A DNA stretch of 64,000 nt from Acholeplasmataceae bacterium (GCA_963667565.1 OY763415.1:1312001-1376000), one strand, 5' to 3'. Shown: positions 41,401 to 51,053, numbered from the stretch's first letter. A program made the numbers and translations. The notes: generated from the sequence alone by a model not told the origin.

Positions 41401-41909
41401 CATACTATGGATATTCAAAATCTATGGATGGTAACACTGCAATATTTGAAAACTATTCTCTATCATTTTCATTTGATGTCACAGACTTTACCAATACATT
41501 TACAACGTTTACATCTAGTGGTGGAAATGGTGGTACTCAAACAATTGTCAAAGATAGCATCTTAAATGGTATTGATTTAAATATTGTTATTACACATGAA
41601 GATATGAGTCCTACCACATCATATGAATTTACTTATGGTGATGTGACTTTTAATGAAACAATAGATTTTGCAGATTTCTCATTACTTGTCTATGATGTTG
41701 CTGGTACAGAAAATGATACGATTTATATATTTAATAGTTTTGCTGGATATATCATGGATATCAATGACGACACCCACACTAAAATTTATGGTATAATAAC
41801 AACTTCTGGATTTTTAATGATTGATAGTCAATACGTTGAATATTTTGATTATTTATCAGCAAATGATTATACATTGGTACCTATATTTAATTACATGATG
41901 CCTTATTAG
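38409..41909 (+). CDS. N-anchored surface protein with about 5-6 DUF5011 Ig-like repeats and large C-terminal beta-rich domain
   Basis: KKRK + TM; repeats DTTAP.I.L.G...G..F.DPG..A.D..D....G.VDT...G.YTLTY..TD.AGN; ATG 38409 after GGAGG. Confidence 0.88.
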   Translation: MKKRKLIKWAILLFILLSGGATTAVLLSSTDAPTFDEISDQTIAVGTEDIDWTTYMENVLGSDVTLNETEDLVSYDVLGTYTVTVTATDAKGNVTSQTFNVTVVDDVTPTLSLNGDASITVEAGATYNDLGATFLDNYDGTGQATVGGDTVNTAVVGVYEVVYTYSDTSGNDATPITRTVTVVDTTAPTLTLLGDQFTTIQAGIVYEDLGASFSDIVDGTGTVTATGTVDVTTLGTYTLTYTYTDAAGNVGQSVTRTVTVVDTTAPTIELTSGNAIQVELGTTFTDPGYSATDNYDESVDVTVTGTVDSETAGVYTLTYTSTDHSDNEATVTRTVTVSDTTAPTISMVGESEITLEYGSTYTEQGATFADGQTAGNATVGGDTVDTNTLGTYVVTYTATDAAGNETVVTKTVHVVDTTAPVITLNSGSSMTIQLSETFTDPGYTVTDNADSNVSVTVSGNVDTNTLGEYTLTYTATDASGNTSTVTRTITVSDAPARLAQFAVDGETFSVRSYAKLDNGNEIFRLSFDSKLILVIFDGNDVVFQQTFLPDGPFFNPSQVAEDGPTQMLNSLFVFSNDYLFLSLYDMSLNTQVLYALQLTDYTLVELPVGNFVGFSSSETGMLYDNQNYLFYIISGTDKGIYQFDSDLNLVLLQPLLNDYMWSGGYNTIIPNELYLITFSSSNIEEKFTFDLVNNTVELVSNVSLDANNLRVGDSVSYRIIGDYILETTTIYTTNDSNGSWVYTDTTYTSVLFDQSLNELATYNSYADYMYTDSTNQTMSYFYFTEYSETGITITLYDADVNLINTYELGLQSSFYFTDDFRLVVFNQNTAQSEAMKLDGSVDTFELPRTINQMNFSINHDYTSNISIGLYFDAETLTVINAIYTADGWISFETDQNYTSIVYNNLTNQVFVTRATWNYDLNQTSIAYEIYDIATETLHYVDAVTYDFISNYTSAALLVGTYTLLQVPSNNSSQVNTFVLFDDQFNYESLDVSSYYIYTYYGYSKSMDGNTAIFENYSLSFSFDVTDFTNTFTTFTSSGGNGGTQTIVKDSILNGIDLNIVITHEDMSPTTSYEFTYGDVTFNETIDFADFSLLVYDVAGTENDTIYIFNSFAGYIMDINDDTHTKIYGIITTSGFLMIDSQYVEYFDYLSANDYTLVPIFNYMMPY

Positions 41910-41916
41910 TAAAAAT

Positions 41917-41948
41917 AAAACTTCCTTATCAATTAAGGAAGTTTTTTT
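41917..41948. terminator. Bidirectional terminator
   Basis: AAAACTTCCTTA-loop-TAAGGAAGTTTT between convergent genes. Confidence 0.8.
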
Positions 41949-44281
41949 TAAACATTCATATGACCTTTGCGATATTTACCAATCTCTAATTGATAACTTT
42001 CTTTATTGATGGCTTTTTGATATGCTTTAATGATGTGTTTAGTTTGTTCTATATTCTCTAAGGTGAAATCAAGTCTAAATGTGCGAATTTTCGCTTTTCT
42101 AAGCGCTGGTATTTCTTCAATCAATCGATATGGGAGTGGATCCATAATTCTCATGTTGCAATGGCCATCATTGATTAAAGCAAATTTGCCTTGATAGTCA
42201 TGTTTTAAGTAATATTGATCTTTAAAACATAAATTGCAATTAGGTTTATATCCAAACGATTTAGCAACTGGACAATATTTAGAAATCATCATATCTTTAT
42301 GTCCATAAACAACCATCTCTAAATTCGGGTAAACACCAAATGCTTTTTGATAACGTTTAGCAAAATCGAGCACATGTGACTTGTCAAGCTCTGCAGATAA
42401 TGTAAGGCGTTTTACATGATGATGAGAAAGTAGGGCTGCTGTATAAATATTCGTCACATTGATAAATTCATCTGTAATAAGATCATATTTATTCTGATTC
42501 ACAAAAAGTGCTCCAGTTTCACTAATCACTGTTGTTTGATTTATTGGATAAGGCTCTTCTTCAACAATTCTTTTTCTTGCTGGAATCAATAATACATTAG
42601 ACTTTACATGTTTTACACTTAAAATATCATCATAATATATTTCTTTAATACCTAGATCAATTGCTGCTTGCAGTTGATCTTTTGTATGTACTTTAACTAC
42701 AAGTTTTTCTTCATCTTGAAATACTACTTTTGATGTAACTTCATCAGATATAATAATAGCATCATCTCTATAGATTCTTATGCTTTCTATTTTTTCTAGT
42801 GCTTTTCTTCTAAGTTCATTCATTAATTTAACACTAATAAATACATCTTCATCTGTAAACACTTCTAAGTGGTCCATATAAAAAGGTGTACCACCAAACT
42901 TAGAAAATTGCTGTGCAATTTGTTCTTTATCAGCTGGTTTTGACTGCGCTTTTTCTAAATAAATATCAGATTCAACCATCACTTGATGATCTAGTTCATC
43001 ACTTAAATAAAATTTAAGTGTTTGTCCTTGATATGCTTCTACATAACCGGAGAGTGGTACAACTTTATAACCTTCGTTTTGATAAGCATATAGTTCTTTT
43101 TCTAATTCTGAATCAAGTGTTTTATATAGATAAGAACCTGGTACTACCGTTTCTTTTACTTCTAGCCAAACTTCTTCACCTGCAAAAGCTTCTTTGGTAA
43201 TCGTGCCATTTTTTCTCATCATGTAAGAAACCAAATTGCCATAATCCACATCACCAACGATTCTAAATCCATCACCGTTTTCTAAGTGTTCAGTAATTTT
43301 AACAAGGGCAAGATTTTTTTGATATCTAACGACTTCTCCAATCTTTACACCCATATGATTTGGTCTAAAATCGTTGTTTAAATCCTTAGGTATTTCATTC
43401 AAAATATACCCTTTTGTATAATCTCTATTAAACACACGTTTTAACTTATCAATCGTATCTGTTAACTCAAGTGTTTCATGTTCAAAATAAGCATCAATTG
43501 ATTTTCTATAGGCTGATACTGTTTGTGCAACATATTCTTTTTTACGCATGCGTCCTTCAATTTTAAAAGAATCAATGCCCGATTCAATGAGTTGATCGAT
43601 ATATTCAATGGTCATTAGGTCTTTAGCACTTAAAAGATGTGAGGATTCATGGATGACTTCATCTTCTTTTAATAACTGATAAGGTAGTCTACAATTATAT
43701 GCACACTCACCTCTATTACCACTACGGTCATTGATTACTGAACTGATTAAACAATTTCCTGAATAAGAAACACAAAGTGCACCATGGATGAAAGCTTCAA
43801 GCTCAATATCAACTTGCTTTTTAATTTCTTTAATCGTATCTATACTTGTTTCTCTTGCAAGTATGACTCTTTTTACACCGATTGATTTTAAAAACGCCAC
43901 TTGTGAGACGTGATGTGCATTGATTTGAGTTGAAGCATGAATAGCAATATTTGGATATCTTTTTGTAAAGATACTAATCATCCCTATATCTTGAACAATA
44001 AGTGCATCAACATGGTGTTTAACAAGTTCATCGGTATAAGCTAACACTTCATCAACTTCATCATCAAATGTGAGTGTGTTAACAACAATGTATACTAAAA
44101 CACCACGCAGATGAGCGTAGTTAATAGCATCAATTAAATCTTCTTTTGTAAAATTTTCAGCAAATGCTCTAGCACCAAATCGGTGACCAGCCATAAAAAT
44201 AGCATTCGCACCTGCGTTAATCGCGTTAATAAAAGATTCTTTGGTTCCTGCAGGAGCAAGTAATTCTGGTTTTTTAATCAT
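41948..44281 (-). CDS. U32 peptidase-family protein with DUF3656 (RlhA-like RNA hydroxylase)
   Basis: PELLAPAG, FGARA, HASTQ, HGALC.SYSG.C, SGNRG.CA..CR, KIEGRM; long C-terminal extension. Confidence 0.88.
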   Translation of the reverse strand: MIKKPELLAPAGTKESFINAINAGANAIFMAGHRFGARAFAENFTKEDLIDAINYAHLRGVLVYIVVNTLTFDDEVDEVLAYTDELVKHHVDALIVQDIGMISIFTKRYPNIAIHASTQINAHHVSQVAFLKSIGVKRVILARETSIDTIKEIKKQVDIELEAFIHGALCVSYSGNCLISSVINDRSGNRGECAYNCRLPYQLLKEDEVIHESSHLLSAKDLMTIEYIDQLIESGIDSFKIEGRMRKKEYVAQTVSAYRKSIDAYFEHETLELTDTIDKLKRVFNRDYTKGYILNEIPKDLNNDFRPNHMGVKIGEVVRYQKNLALVKITEHLENGDGFRIVGDVDYGNLVSYMMRKNGTITKEAFAGEEVWLEVKETVVPGSYLYKTLDSELEKELYAYQNEGYKVVPLSGYVEAYQGQTLKFYLSDELDHQVMVESDIYLEKAQSKPADKEQIAQQFSKFGGTPFYMDHLEVFTDEDVFISVKLMNELRRKALEKIESIRIYRDDAIIISDEVTSKVVFQDEEKLVVKVHTKDQLQAAIDLGIKEIYYDDILSVKHVKSNVLLIPARKRIVEEEPYPINQTTVISETGALFVNQNKYDLITDEFINVTNIYTAALLSHHHVKRLTLSAELDKSHVLDFAKRYQKAFGVYPNLEMVVYGHKDMMISKYCPVAKSFGYKPNCNLCFKDQYYLKHDYQGKFALINDGHCNMRIMDPLPYRLIEEIPALRKAKIRTFRLDFTLENIEQTKHIIKAYQKAINKESYQLEIGKYRKGHMNV

Positions 44282-44339
44282 AACCACCTCATATAATCAG
44301 ATGATATTATATCACTATTTATATAAGTTTATAATAGAT

Positions 44340-45098
44340 TTAAGAAAAATCTTTTTTAAACTTTTCTTTTAGAGCTAGATAGTAATTTTTAGCTTCTTCA
44401 TAATGTGCTTTTAACTCTTCAATACCATGGTTTTGCATCAATCGTGTAAGTAGTTCAAAGTCATCTTTTATATAGTCTCGATATGCATAACGATAACCAA
44501 AATCAACTTTTTCTGGTCTGTTTTTTAAATTAAGCATTACGACTAATTGAGACAAGATAAAACGATAAAAGTTTTGATAAGCCTCTAAGTATTTTCCTCT
44601 ATCTAGATTTTTCTCTGTTTCAATCATCATGAGAAAATCAATTGCTGTGGCTTGTTGATAGACTCTTTTACAGCGATTAAATGTAACTTCTTCACTATCA
44701 TCTTCTTCTGTAATATAAGATCCTTTATCAAACCAAACAACATGATGTCCATGTCTTTTATGGTCGGTTAATCGTTCTTTTTTCGTCTCTTTAATGACTG
44801 CTAAATCTATATAAAAATGTGCAGGCATTTGATTAATTAAATAAAACTCTTGAGAAAAACCATGCCATGTAGGTTCTGCCATGCGATAAGATCTTAAAAT
44901 ACCATAGTGTTCATTCAAGAAAGTTTTAAATGCGATAAATATATCTTCAACTGCATCATCTTTGCAGATGATTTCTAAATCAAGATCTGAAAAAGAATCA
45001 TTAAATCCAGTTGCTTTTGACCCACCTTCAAAGGCGGCTAATACATCTTCTCTTTCTTCTAAAAAGGTTTTTAATGTTTTATAGAGTTGTTCTTTCAT
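44340..45098 (-). CDS. Nucleotidyltransferase domain protein (pol-beta superfamily)
   Basis: EGGS.A.G..D..SDLDL (hG[GS]x9-13DhD); start ATG 45098 after GAGGAG. Confidence 0.8.
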   Translation of the reverse strand: MKEQLYKTLKTFLEEREDVLAAFEGGSKATGFNDSFSDLDLEIICKDDAVEDIFIAFKTFLNEHYGILRSYRMAEPTWHGFSQEFYLINQMPAHFYIDLAVIKETKKERLTDHKRHGHHVVWFDKGSYITEEDDSEEVTFNRCKRVYQQATAIDFLMMIETEKNLDRGKYLEAYQNFYRFILSQLVVMLNLKNRPEKVDFGYRYAYRDYIKDDFELLTRLMQNHGIEELKAHYEEAKNYYLALKEKFKKDFS

Positions 45099-45099
45099 G

Positions 45100-46317
45100 T
45101 TATATCTCCTCATATGTTTTTTCATAATCATCAACATAGACGATTGAAGTACATCCATTGAATTTTGAAAATGCCTGTATTTTTTTATCAATGAGTTTTT
45201 TAACTTTTTGTTTAGGGGCTTTATGTTTATACCAAATGTTTTTGACAATCCACTGTTTTGCTTTTCTATCAATTGCCATTTCTATTTGTCCAATAAAATC
45301 ATGATCATATAAGATCGGCAGAGCATAAGATGCAAACTTTCTTAATTCAGGTTTATGATATATTTCCCATTTGTATTCAAAATCAAATATTTTCTTAATG
45401 AGTTTACGATCCCAAATTAACTGATCTAATGGTGCAATAAATTCTACTCTTTCGCTTACATAGCCTTCTTCTAATAAATCAATATCTTCACTTAATATAT
45501 ACAAACTATCTTTAATGCCTTGAACTTTTAATTCAGTTAATTCGCCTAGCAATACCATTTCTTCGATATGTTTTTTTCTTTCTGCTGTTTTTAGATTTAC
45601 ACCTAAATACGCATCTGATGGTCCTGAACCTAAAACACCTACAGCACCAATTCGTCTTTTAATCATAAATTTATGATATGTGTTTTGATCAATGATAACA
45701 TCATGCTGACTTTGATTTAAGTGTGTTAAATATGTACTTGTTAGTGCATAATATTTTTTGACACCTTCTCTGTGATGAATAATGACATCCCCTTTAAAAA
45801 ATAGATAATCAAGAATTGCTTTACCCATTGTTTTGTGTCTCCAAGTAAAAAAATGTGATGCGATATCTATTTCTAGATCATCAGCGTTTAAATAAGGCAA
45901 AGTTTCTAATTGTTTTAAAACATCAGCAATTAACCATTGATATTCCTTAAGGTTTTGTTCATACACCTCTTGATTTCTCTTTCTCATCGGTGTCATTGAT
46001 TCCCAATCAGAGGTTGCATAAATGCTCATTACTTTATCCCATTGATCAACTAATAATCGATCCTCATATAACAATGTATCTAAATAAGATTTTTCATAAT
46101 TTTTCACTCTTGAAAATAAAACAATATCTGCATTTCTACCACAGATATCAATTGGATCAAATTGAATACAACCAGCACGCTTAAACAACTCTACAATATC
46201 GCTTTTAGATTGATAGAGATAGTCCCCAATTAAACCTTGCTTAGTAAGCATTAAATGTTTGATCTGTTTTTTGGTTGCTTCAATCATGGTTTTTCTCATT
46301 TCTTTATGTTTATTCAT
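45100..46317 (-). CDS. YcaQ/AlkZ-family (HTH_42) DNA crosslink-repair glycosylase
   Basis: IQFDPI..CGRN.D.VLFSR, APLD.LIWDR, FDFEY.WEIY.....R.F..YALPIL. Confidence 0.85.
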   Translation of the reverse strand: MNKHKEMRKTMIEATKKQIKHLMLTKQGLIGDYLYQSKSDIVELFKRAGCIQFDPIDICGRNADIVLFSRVKNYEKSYLDTLLYEDRLLVDQWDKVMSIYATSDWESMTPMRKRNQEVYEQNLKEYQWLIADVLKQLETLPYLNADDLEIDIASHFFTWRHKTMGKAILDYLFFKGDVIIHHREGVKKYYALTSTYLTHLNQSQHDVIIDQNTYHKFMIKRRIGAVGVLGSGPSDAYLGVNLKTAERKKHIEEMVLLGELTELKVQGIKDSLYILSEDIDLLEEGYVSERVEFIAPLDQLIWDRKLIKKIFDFEYKWEIYHKPELRKFASYALPILYDHDFIGQIEMAIDRKAKQWIVKNIWYKHKAPKQKVKKLIDKKIQAFSKFNGCTSIVYVDDYEKTYEEI

Positions 46318-46344
46318 ATTATATAATACATTGATTCAAACCTA

Positions 46345-46374
46345 TAAAAAAAGCCAATATAAATTGGCTTTTTT
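46345..46374 (-). terminator. Rho-independent terminator
   Basis: AAAAAAGCCAAT-loop-ATTGGCTTTTTT. Confidence 0.75.
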
Positions 46375-46388
46375 CGCTATGACATCAA

Positions 46389-47933
46389 TTAGTCAGCACT
46401 ATTTTGTCCTAAACTTTCTGCGATTCTTTTAGCCATACCTACGAGTTCAACAAAGTCATGTCTATAACCATAAGTATCATCACCTAAAGATTGATTTGCC
46501 ATATCAATCACATGTTGATAACTTGATTGATATTTATAACTAGAATCTCTTAATAATAATCCAAATTCAACGACTGCACTTGCGAATCTAAAAGTTTCAC
46601 TTGGCGTATCTGTAAAACTTGTAGATAGTGTTTGATGTTCAATAAGCATTGATGTATCACTATTTGGATCTTTATATCTAATTTGTAAATTTGCATATTC
46701 ATTTAAATAATTGTCACCTGTATATCTGAGTGTTTCAGGTATATCAAATGTTTTAGTTTCAATAGTTTCACTAGAATCTGCTGGAATAATTTCATAGAAT
46801 GCAATCACTGAATGCCCAGCACCCATGTCGCCAGCATCTTTGGTGTCGTCAGAGAAGTCATCATAATTTAGCACTCTATTTTCGTAACCAATAAGTCTAT
46901 ATCCTTTTACACTTGCAGGATTAAATTCAATTTGTAATTTAACGTCTTTAGCAACTGTTACTAAAGATGCACCTAATTCATGAACAAACACTTTTTCTGC
47001 TTCTTTGACACCATCGATATAGTAATAAACACCATTTCCATGATCAGCAAGTGATTCCATTGTATTATCTTTAAGGTTTCCAGTACCAAATCCTAAAACA
47101 CTTAAGAATACACCTGAATCACGTTTTTCTGATATAAGGTCTTCTAATGCTGATACACTTGAGATACCCACATTGAAATCACCATCAGTAGCAAGTATAA
47201 TTCTGTTATTTCCGCCTTCAATATAATTTTTTTCAGCAACTTTATAAGCTAGATTAATCCCTTCGCCTCCTGCTGTTGATCCACCAGCTTGTAGATTATC
47301 AAGTGCTTCATAGATTGCGTCTTTATCAGTGACATCAGCACCTTCTAAGACAACGCCAGCAGCACCAGCATAGACAACAATTGAAATCACGTCTGATGGT
47401 CTAAGTTGATCGAGTAATAATGCAAATGCTTCTTTTAATAAAGGCAGTTTATCATATGAATTCATTGAGCCTGAGACATCAAGTAAGAACACTAAATTCA
47501 TACCTGCTGATTCTTCATAAACGATATCTTCAGTCTTTAAACCTAACATGAGTAATTGATGATTTTCATTCCAAGGTGCTGTTGATAGTTCTGATGTGAC
47601 ATGAATCACTTCATTTTCACTAGGACCTTCTAGATCATATGTAAAATAATTGATCATCTCTTCAATTCTAACTGCATCTCTATAAGGCATTGTTCCATCT
47701 TCAAGAAATCTTCTTACATTTGAATATGATGCTGTATCAACATCAGCTGAGAATGTTGACACTGGCATATCTTCAGTATTGATAAAGGTGTTTTCTATAA
47801 TTTCATCATAACCTTCAGTGTTTTGATCCTCAACATACCCATCATAAAGTGAATTATAGCCATCATATGCCCCACTACAAGATGCTAATATAAACACATT
47901 TAAAACCAATAAAACTAACCATACTTTTTTCAT
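46389..47933 (-). CDS. YfbK-like VWA-domain lipoprotein (vWF_A + VWA + DUF3520)
   Basis: LASC lipobox, STFS.DVDTASY, VRIEEMINYF, DVSGSM MIDAS, ATDGDFNVG, YRLIGYENR. Confidence 0.92.
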   Translation of the reverse strand: MKKVWLVLLVLNVFILASCSGAYDGYNSLYDGYVEDQNTEGYDEIIENTFINTEDMPVSTFSADVDTASYSNVRRFLEDGTMPYRDAVRIEEMINYFTYDLEGPSENEVIHVTSELSTAPWNENHQLLMLGLKTEDIVYEESAGMNLVFLLDVSGSMNSYDKLPLLKEAFALLLDQLRPSDVISIVVYAGAAGVVLEGADVTDKDAIYEALDNLQAGGSTAGGEGINLAYKVAEKNYIEGGNNRIILATDGDFNVGISSVSALEDLISEKRDSGVFLSVLGFGTGNLKDNTMESLADHGNGVYYYIDGVKEAEKVFVHELGASLVTVAKDVKLQIEFNPASVKGYRLIGYENRVLNYDDFSDDTKDAGDMGAGHSVIAFYEIIPADSSETIETKTFDIPETLRYTGDNYLNEYANLQIRYKDPNSDTSMLIEHQTLSTSFTDTPSETFRFASAVVEFGLLLRDSSYKYQSSYQHVIDMANQSLGDDTYGYRHDFVELVGMAKRIAESLGQNSAD

Positions 47934-47981
47934 CTTTTTTCCCTCGCTTTTTTTAATCTCGCCCTTATTATAGATAGAAGT

Positions 47982-48034
47982 TGTGTCAAAGATTTGTCCT
48001 TCTTATGACAAATTTGTGACAAATGCCAGACAAA
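47982..48034. promoter_or_regulatory. OmpR/PhoB-type direct repeats (11-bp period)
   Basis: GACAAA at 48007, 48018 and 48029; TGTGTCA/TTTGTCC at 47982 and 47993. Confidence 0.65.
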
Positions 48035-48094
48035 CATCAAATTTCACAAAAAATTATGTTATCATAACATTAAGTAAACACTAGGGGTGAAACT

Positions 48095-48763
48095 ATGCGT
48101 GTTTTAATCGTTGAGGATGAAAAAGATTTAAATGATTTATTAAATGATTATATATGTGATGCCTATAAAGATGTGAAGATCGATCAAGTATATGATGGTA
48201 TTGTCGCATTAGATAGAATTTCTAATAACACTTATGATTTGGTGCTCCTTGATGTGATGTTACCTCACATGAGTGGATTTGAAATTTGTAAGAAACTAAG
48301 AGAAAAATCAGATGTTCCTGTGATGATGCTTTCTGCATTAAGTGATGAAGAAAATCAACTTAAAGGTTATAATCTTGGGATTGATGATTATGTTACAAAA
48401 CCTTATAGTCCAAAAATTGTATTAAAAAAAATCGCATCCGTATTATCTAGATACGATCATCAATCACCTGATGAAATCAGCGCTTATGGAATCATCAAAT
48501 ATAATTTTGATAAGTTTATGATTACAATCAATGATAACCCTATTGAATTAAATAAAAAAGAATGGGAATTATTTACTTTATTTATCACACACGTTGGACG
48601 CGTCTTCACGCGTGAGGAGTTATTAAATCTCGTGTGGGGATATGATTACTTTGGTTATGAAAGAACTGTCGATACACACATCAAACGTTTAAGACAAAAA
48701 TTACTTGATGCATCTGATTATGTAAAAACCGTTTATAAAACAGGATATAAATTCGAAAAATAA
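48095..48763 (+). CDS. OmpR-family response regulator
   Basis: IVEDE, LLDVMLP, DDYVTKP, RTVDTHIKRLR. Confidence 0.95.
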   Translation: MRVLIVEDEKDLNDLLNDYICDAYKDVKIDQVYDGIVALDRISNNTYDLVLLDVMLPHMSGFEICKKLREKSDVPVMMLSALSDEENQLKGYNLGIDDYVTKPYSPKIVLKKIASVLSRYDHQSPDEISAYGIIKYNFDKFMITINDNPIELNKKEWELFTLFITHVGRVFTREELLNLVWGYDYFGYERTVDTHIKRLRQKLLDASDYVKTVYKTGYKFEK

Positions 48764-48792
48764 TATAAACAAACTATATGAGGAGGACAAAG

Positions 48793-50202
48793 ATGAGAGT
48801 CAGTATATTAGTAAAAACTTTTTTTATACTGCTTTTTTCTTTTACACTTGTGTTTTTATTAAACACCTATATCTCTTATCAAAGATTTTCACCACTCTAT
48901 ATTGAAGAAAATATCAACAATGTTAAAACTTCAATTTTAAATTCAGTGGACTCACTTGAAAGCAATGTGGATTTAAGTGATACACCACTTGAATCATTAT
49001 CGAGTGAAACTTCATTTATTAGATATACTGATAATCAAGTGGTTGAAACCATTGGACCTAATTATTTAGCAACCTCTGAAATTCTTGATTTCGTGATTGG
49101 CATTTATGATAGTGAAGATTCCATTACTGATGGTAAGCTCATCTATCATGTTGAACTTGTTGACGATATTTATCATATATCATATATCTATCAATTTGAT
49201 ATAGGCGATTACTTAATCATTTCAACTAGAGTCCAATCGCTACAAAACGTAGATTCAGTTTTAAATCAAATCAACATGACACAATCGATATTTATTGTGA
49301 TTGCTATTACGATTTTATCTGTCGTGATTTCAATTAATATTTCTCACCCAATCAAACGCATAAATGCTTATGCAAAAGATATTTCAAATCTAAATTTCAA
49401 ACATCAATTAACACTTAAACGAAGAGATGAATTTAAAGATTTAGTATCTTCATTAAATGAGATGAACTTCAAACTTCAAAAAACCTATAAAGAACTTAAT
49501 GAAGCCAATAGACAGTTAGTATCTGATATCGATTTCGAAAAGGAACAAGAAACCAAAAAGAAACAACTCATCATGACAATCAATCATGAAATCAAGACAC
49601 CACTTGCAGTCATGAAGGGCATGATTGAAGGTATGATTGATGGTGTTGGTAGATATAAAGACAAAGATAAATATTTAAATGAATTACTAAAACAAATTCA
49701 AACGATTGAAAATATCACACATGATTTAACTTATACATTAAAACTTGAGGATAAGTTGAAACTTGAAGAGATGACACATACCTCAGTGATTTCTAAACAT
49801 CTATCATCAATGGATTTATTTGCATCACAACGCATGGTTAAAATTGAAAAACAAATTGAAGAAACTGAAATCAAAATGAGTGAAGAACTTCTCATCATCT
49901 TGGTTTCTAACTTAGTTAAAAATGCTATTATCTATTCTGATGATAAACGCGTATCAGTCACTGGTGAAATCAGTAATCAATCCTATATCATCACTGTTAA
50001 AAATAAAGGTGAGATCCCAGAAGCTGAGATTGAAAAACTATTTGATTCTTATTATAGGGTAAAAGATAAGAAACAACAAACCACAGGTACAGGTCTTGGA
50101 TTATTTATTGTTAAACAAATCTCTGAACTATACCACTACTCCTATAAATTATTTAATGATAATGGTTATGTCGTAGCCAAAATCACAATCGATTTAAAAT
50201 AA
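48793..50202 (+). CDS. HAMP-domain sensor histidine kinase
   Basis: Two TMs, HAMP, NHEIKTP, NLVKNA, GTGLGL; ATG 48793 after AGGAGG. Confidence 0.93.
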   Translation: MRVSILVKTFFILLFSFTLVFLLNTYISYQRFSPLYIEENINNVKTSILNSVDSLESNVDLSDTPLESLSSETSFIRYTDNQVVETIGPNYLATSEILDFVIGIYDSEDSITDGKLIYHVELVDDIYHISYIYQFDIGDYLIISTRVQSLQNVDSVLNQINMTQSIFIVIAITILSVVISINISHPIKRINAYAKDISNLNFKHQLTLKRRDEFKDLVSSLNEMNFKLQKTYKELNEANRQLVSDIDFEKEQETKKKQLIMTINHEIKTPLAVMKGMIEGMIDGVGRYKDKDKYLNELLKQIQTIENITHDLTYTLKLEDKLKLEEMTHTSVISKHLSSMDLFASQRMVKIEKQIEETEIKMSEELLIILVSNLVKNAIIYSDDKRVSVTGEISNQSYIITVKNKGEIPEAEIEKLFDSYYRVKDKKQQTTGTGLGLFIVKQISELYHYSYKLFNDNGYVVAKITIDLK

Positions 50203-50205
50203 TTA

Positions 50206-50223
50206 TTTGTCATATGTTTGTCA
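50206..50223 (+). promoter_or_regulatory. OmpR/PhoB-type box TTTGTCA-N4-TTTGTCA
   Basis: Perfect 7-bp direct repeat at 11-bp period, 11 nt before a TG-extended TAAACT -10. Confidence 0.65.
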
Positions 50224-50261
50224 AATCTATTTGATAAACTAATCATGTAAGGAGGTGCAAA

Positions 50262-50963
50262 ATGAAAAAGATATATCTTATACTCTTGATGTTGGTCACA
50301 TCATTTTTAATCGCAAGCTGTAGTGCGGCCTATGATGGAACAAATATGCCTTTATCTATTTATGACCATATAAGCTTTAATTTTGATACGATGACTTATA
50401 CAAGTTATGATTCTTATGATATTGTTTATGATCTTGGAAATCCATTTGATGATTTTGTCATTTTGCATGAAAACTTATATGATAGCGATTTTGAAACATC
50501 CGAAAAAGAAGCGTATGCTTATTTAATTGATATGTTGTATTCGGTCGGAAGATTAACAAATAAAAACATGACTGACATGTTAGCTTTTAGTTCTGCAGAT
50601 ATTAAGACACTATTAGAAATTCATTATTATACAGTCACCATTGAAGACATTGTAACCTTTAACAACTTAAAAGATTTAGTTGATACAATGAAACAAACAA
50701 TGACAAGTACTGATTATTACATTCAAAAAACAACTTATATAGAAACAAGACTAAATATCACCTTATCATCAACAGATATATATAATTTGGAGTTATTACA
50801 AGAAAAATATATTGAATTAAAAGATGTTGAAAGTGATTTAGACTTTAAACGATTTTCCTTTGATGATCTTATCACGATTGGTGAGCATTACAATTACTAT
50901 TTGTCAGATGAAGTAAAAACAGACATGGAAAGTGCTTATGATATACTAATACAGCTTATATAA
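50262..50963 (+). CDS. Acidic lipoprotein, unknown function
   Basis: IASC lipobox, RBS AAGGAGGT. Confidence 0.8.
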   Translation: MKKIYLILLMLVTSFLIASCSAAYDGTNMPLSIYDHISFNFDTMTYTSYDSYDIVYDLGNPFDDFVILHENLYDSDFETSEKEAYAYLIDMLYSVGRLTNKNMTDMLAFSSADIKTLLEIHYYTVTIEDIVTFNNLKDLVDTMKQTMTSTDYYIQKTTYIETRLNITLSSTDIYNLELLQEKYIELKDVESDLDFKRFSFDDLITIGEHYNYYLSDEVKTDMESAYDILIQLI

Positions 50964-50966
50964 AAT

Positions 50967-51009
50967 AAAAAACAGGAGCTATAATTTCACTCATAGTTTC
51001 TGTTTTTTT
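50967..51009. terminator. Bidirectional terminator
   Basis: AAAAAACAGGAGCTAT...ATAGTTTCTGTTTTTT. Confidence 0.7.
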
Positions 51010-51053
51010 ATTTTTCTATACTATTTTTAACTTCTACAGCAACTTTTAATTCT

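Noticed and set aside
45099..45272. N-terminal extension of nucleotidyltransferase ORF in the track (similar over-extensions at 7594, 24952, 31637, 59092)
   Set aside because: The extensions overlap upstream genes, terminators or promoters, or lack an RBS; downstream ATGs have clear Shine-Dalgarno sites.
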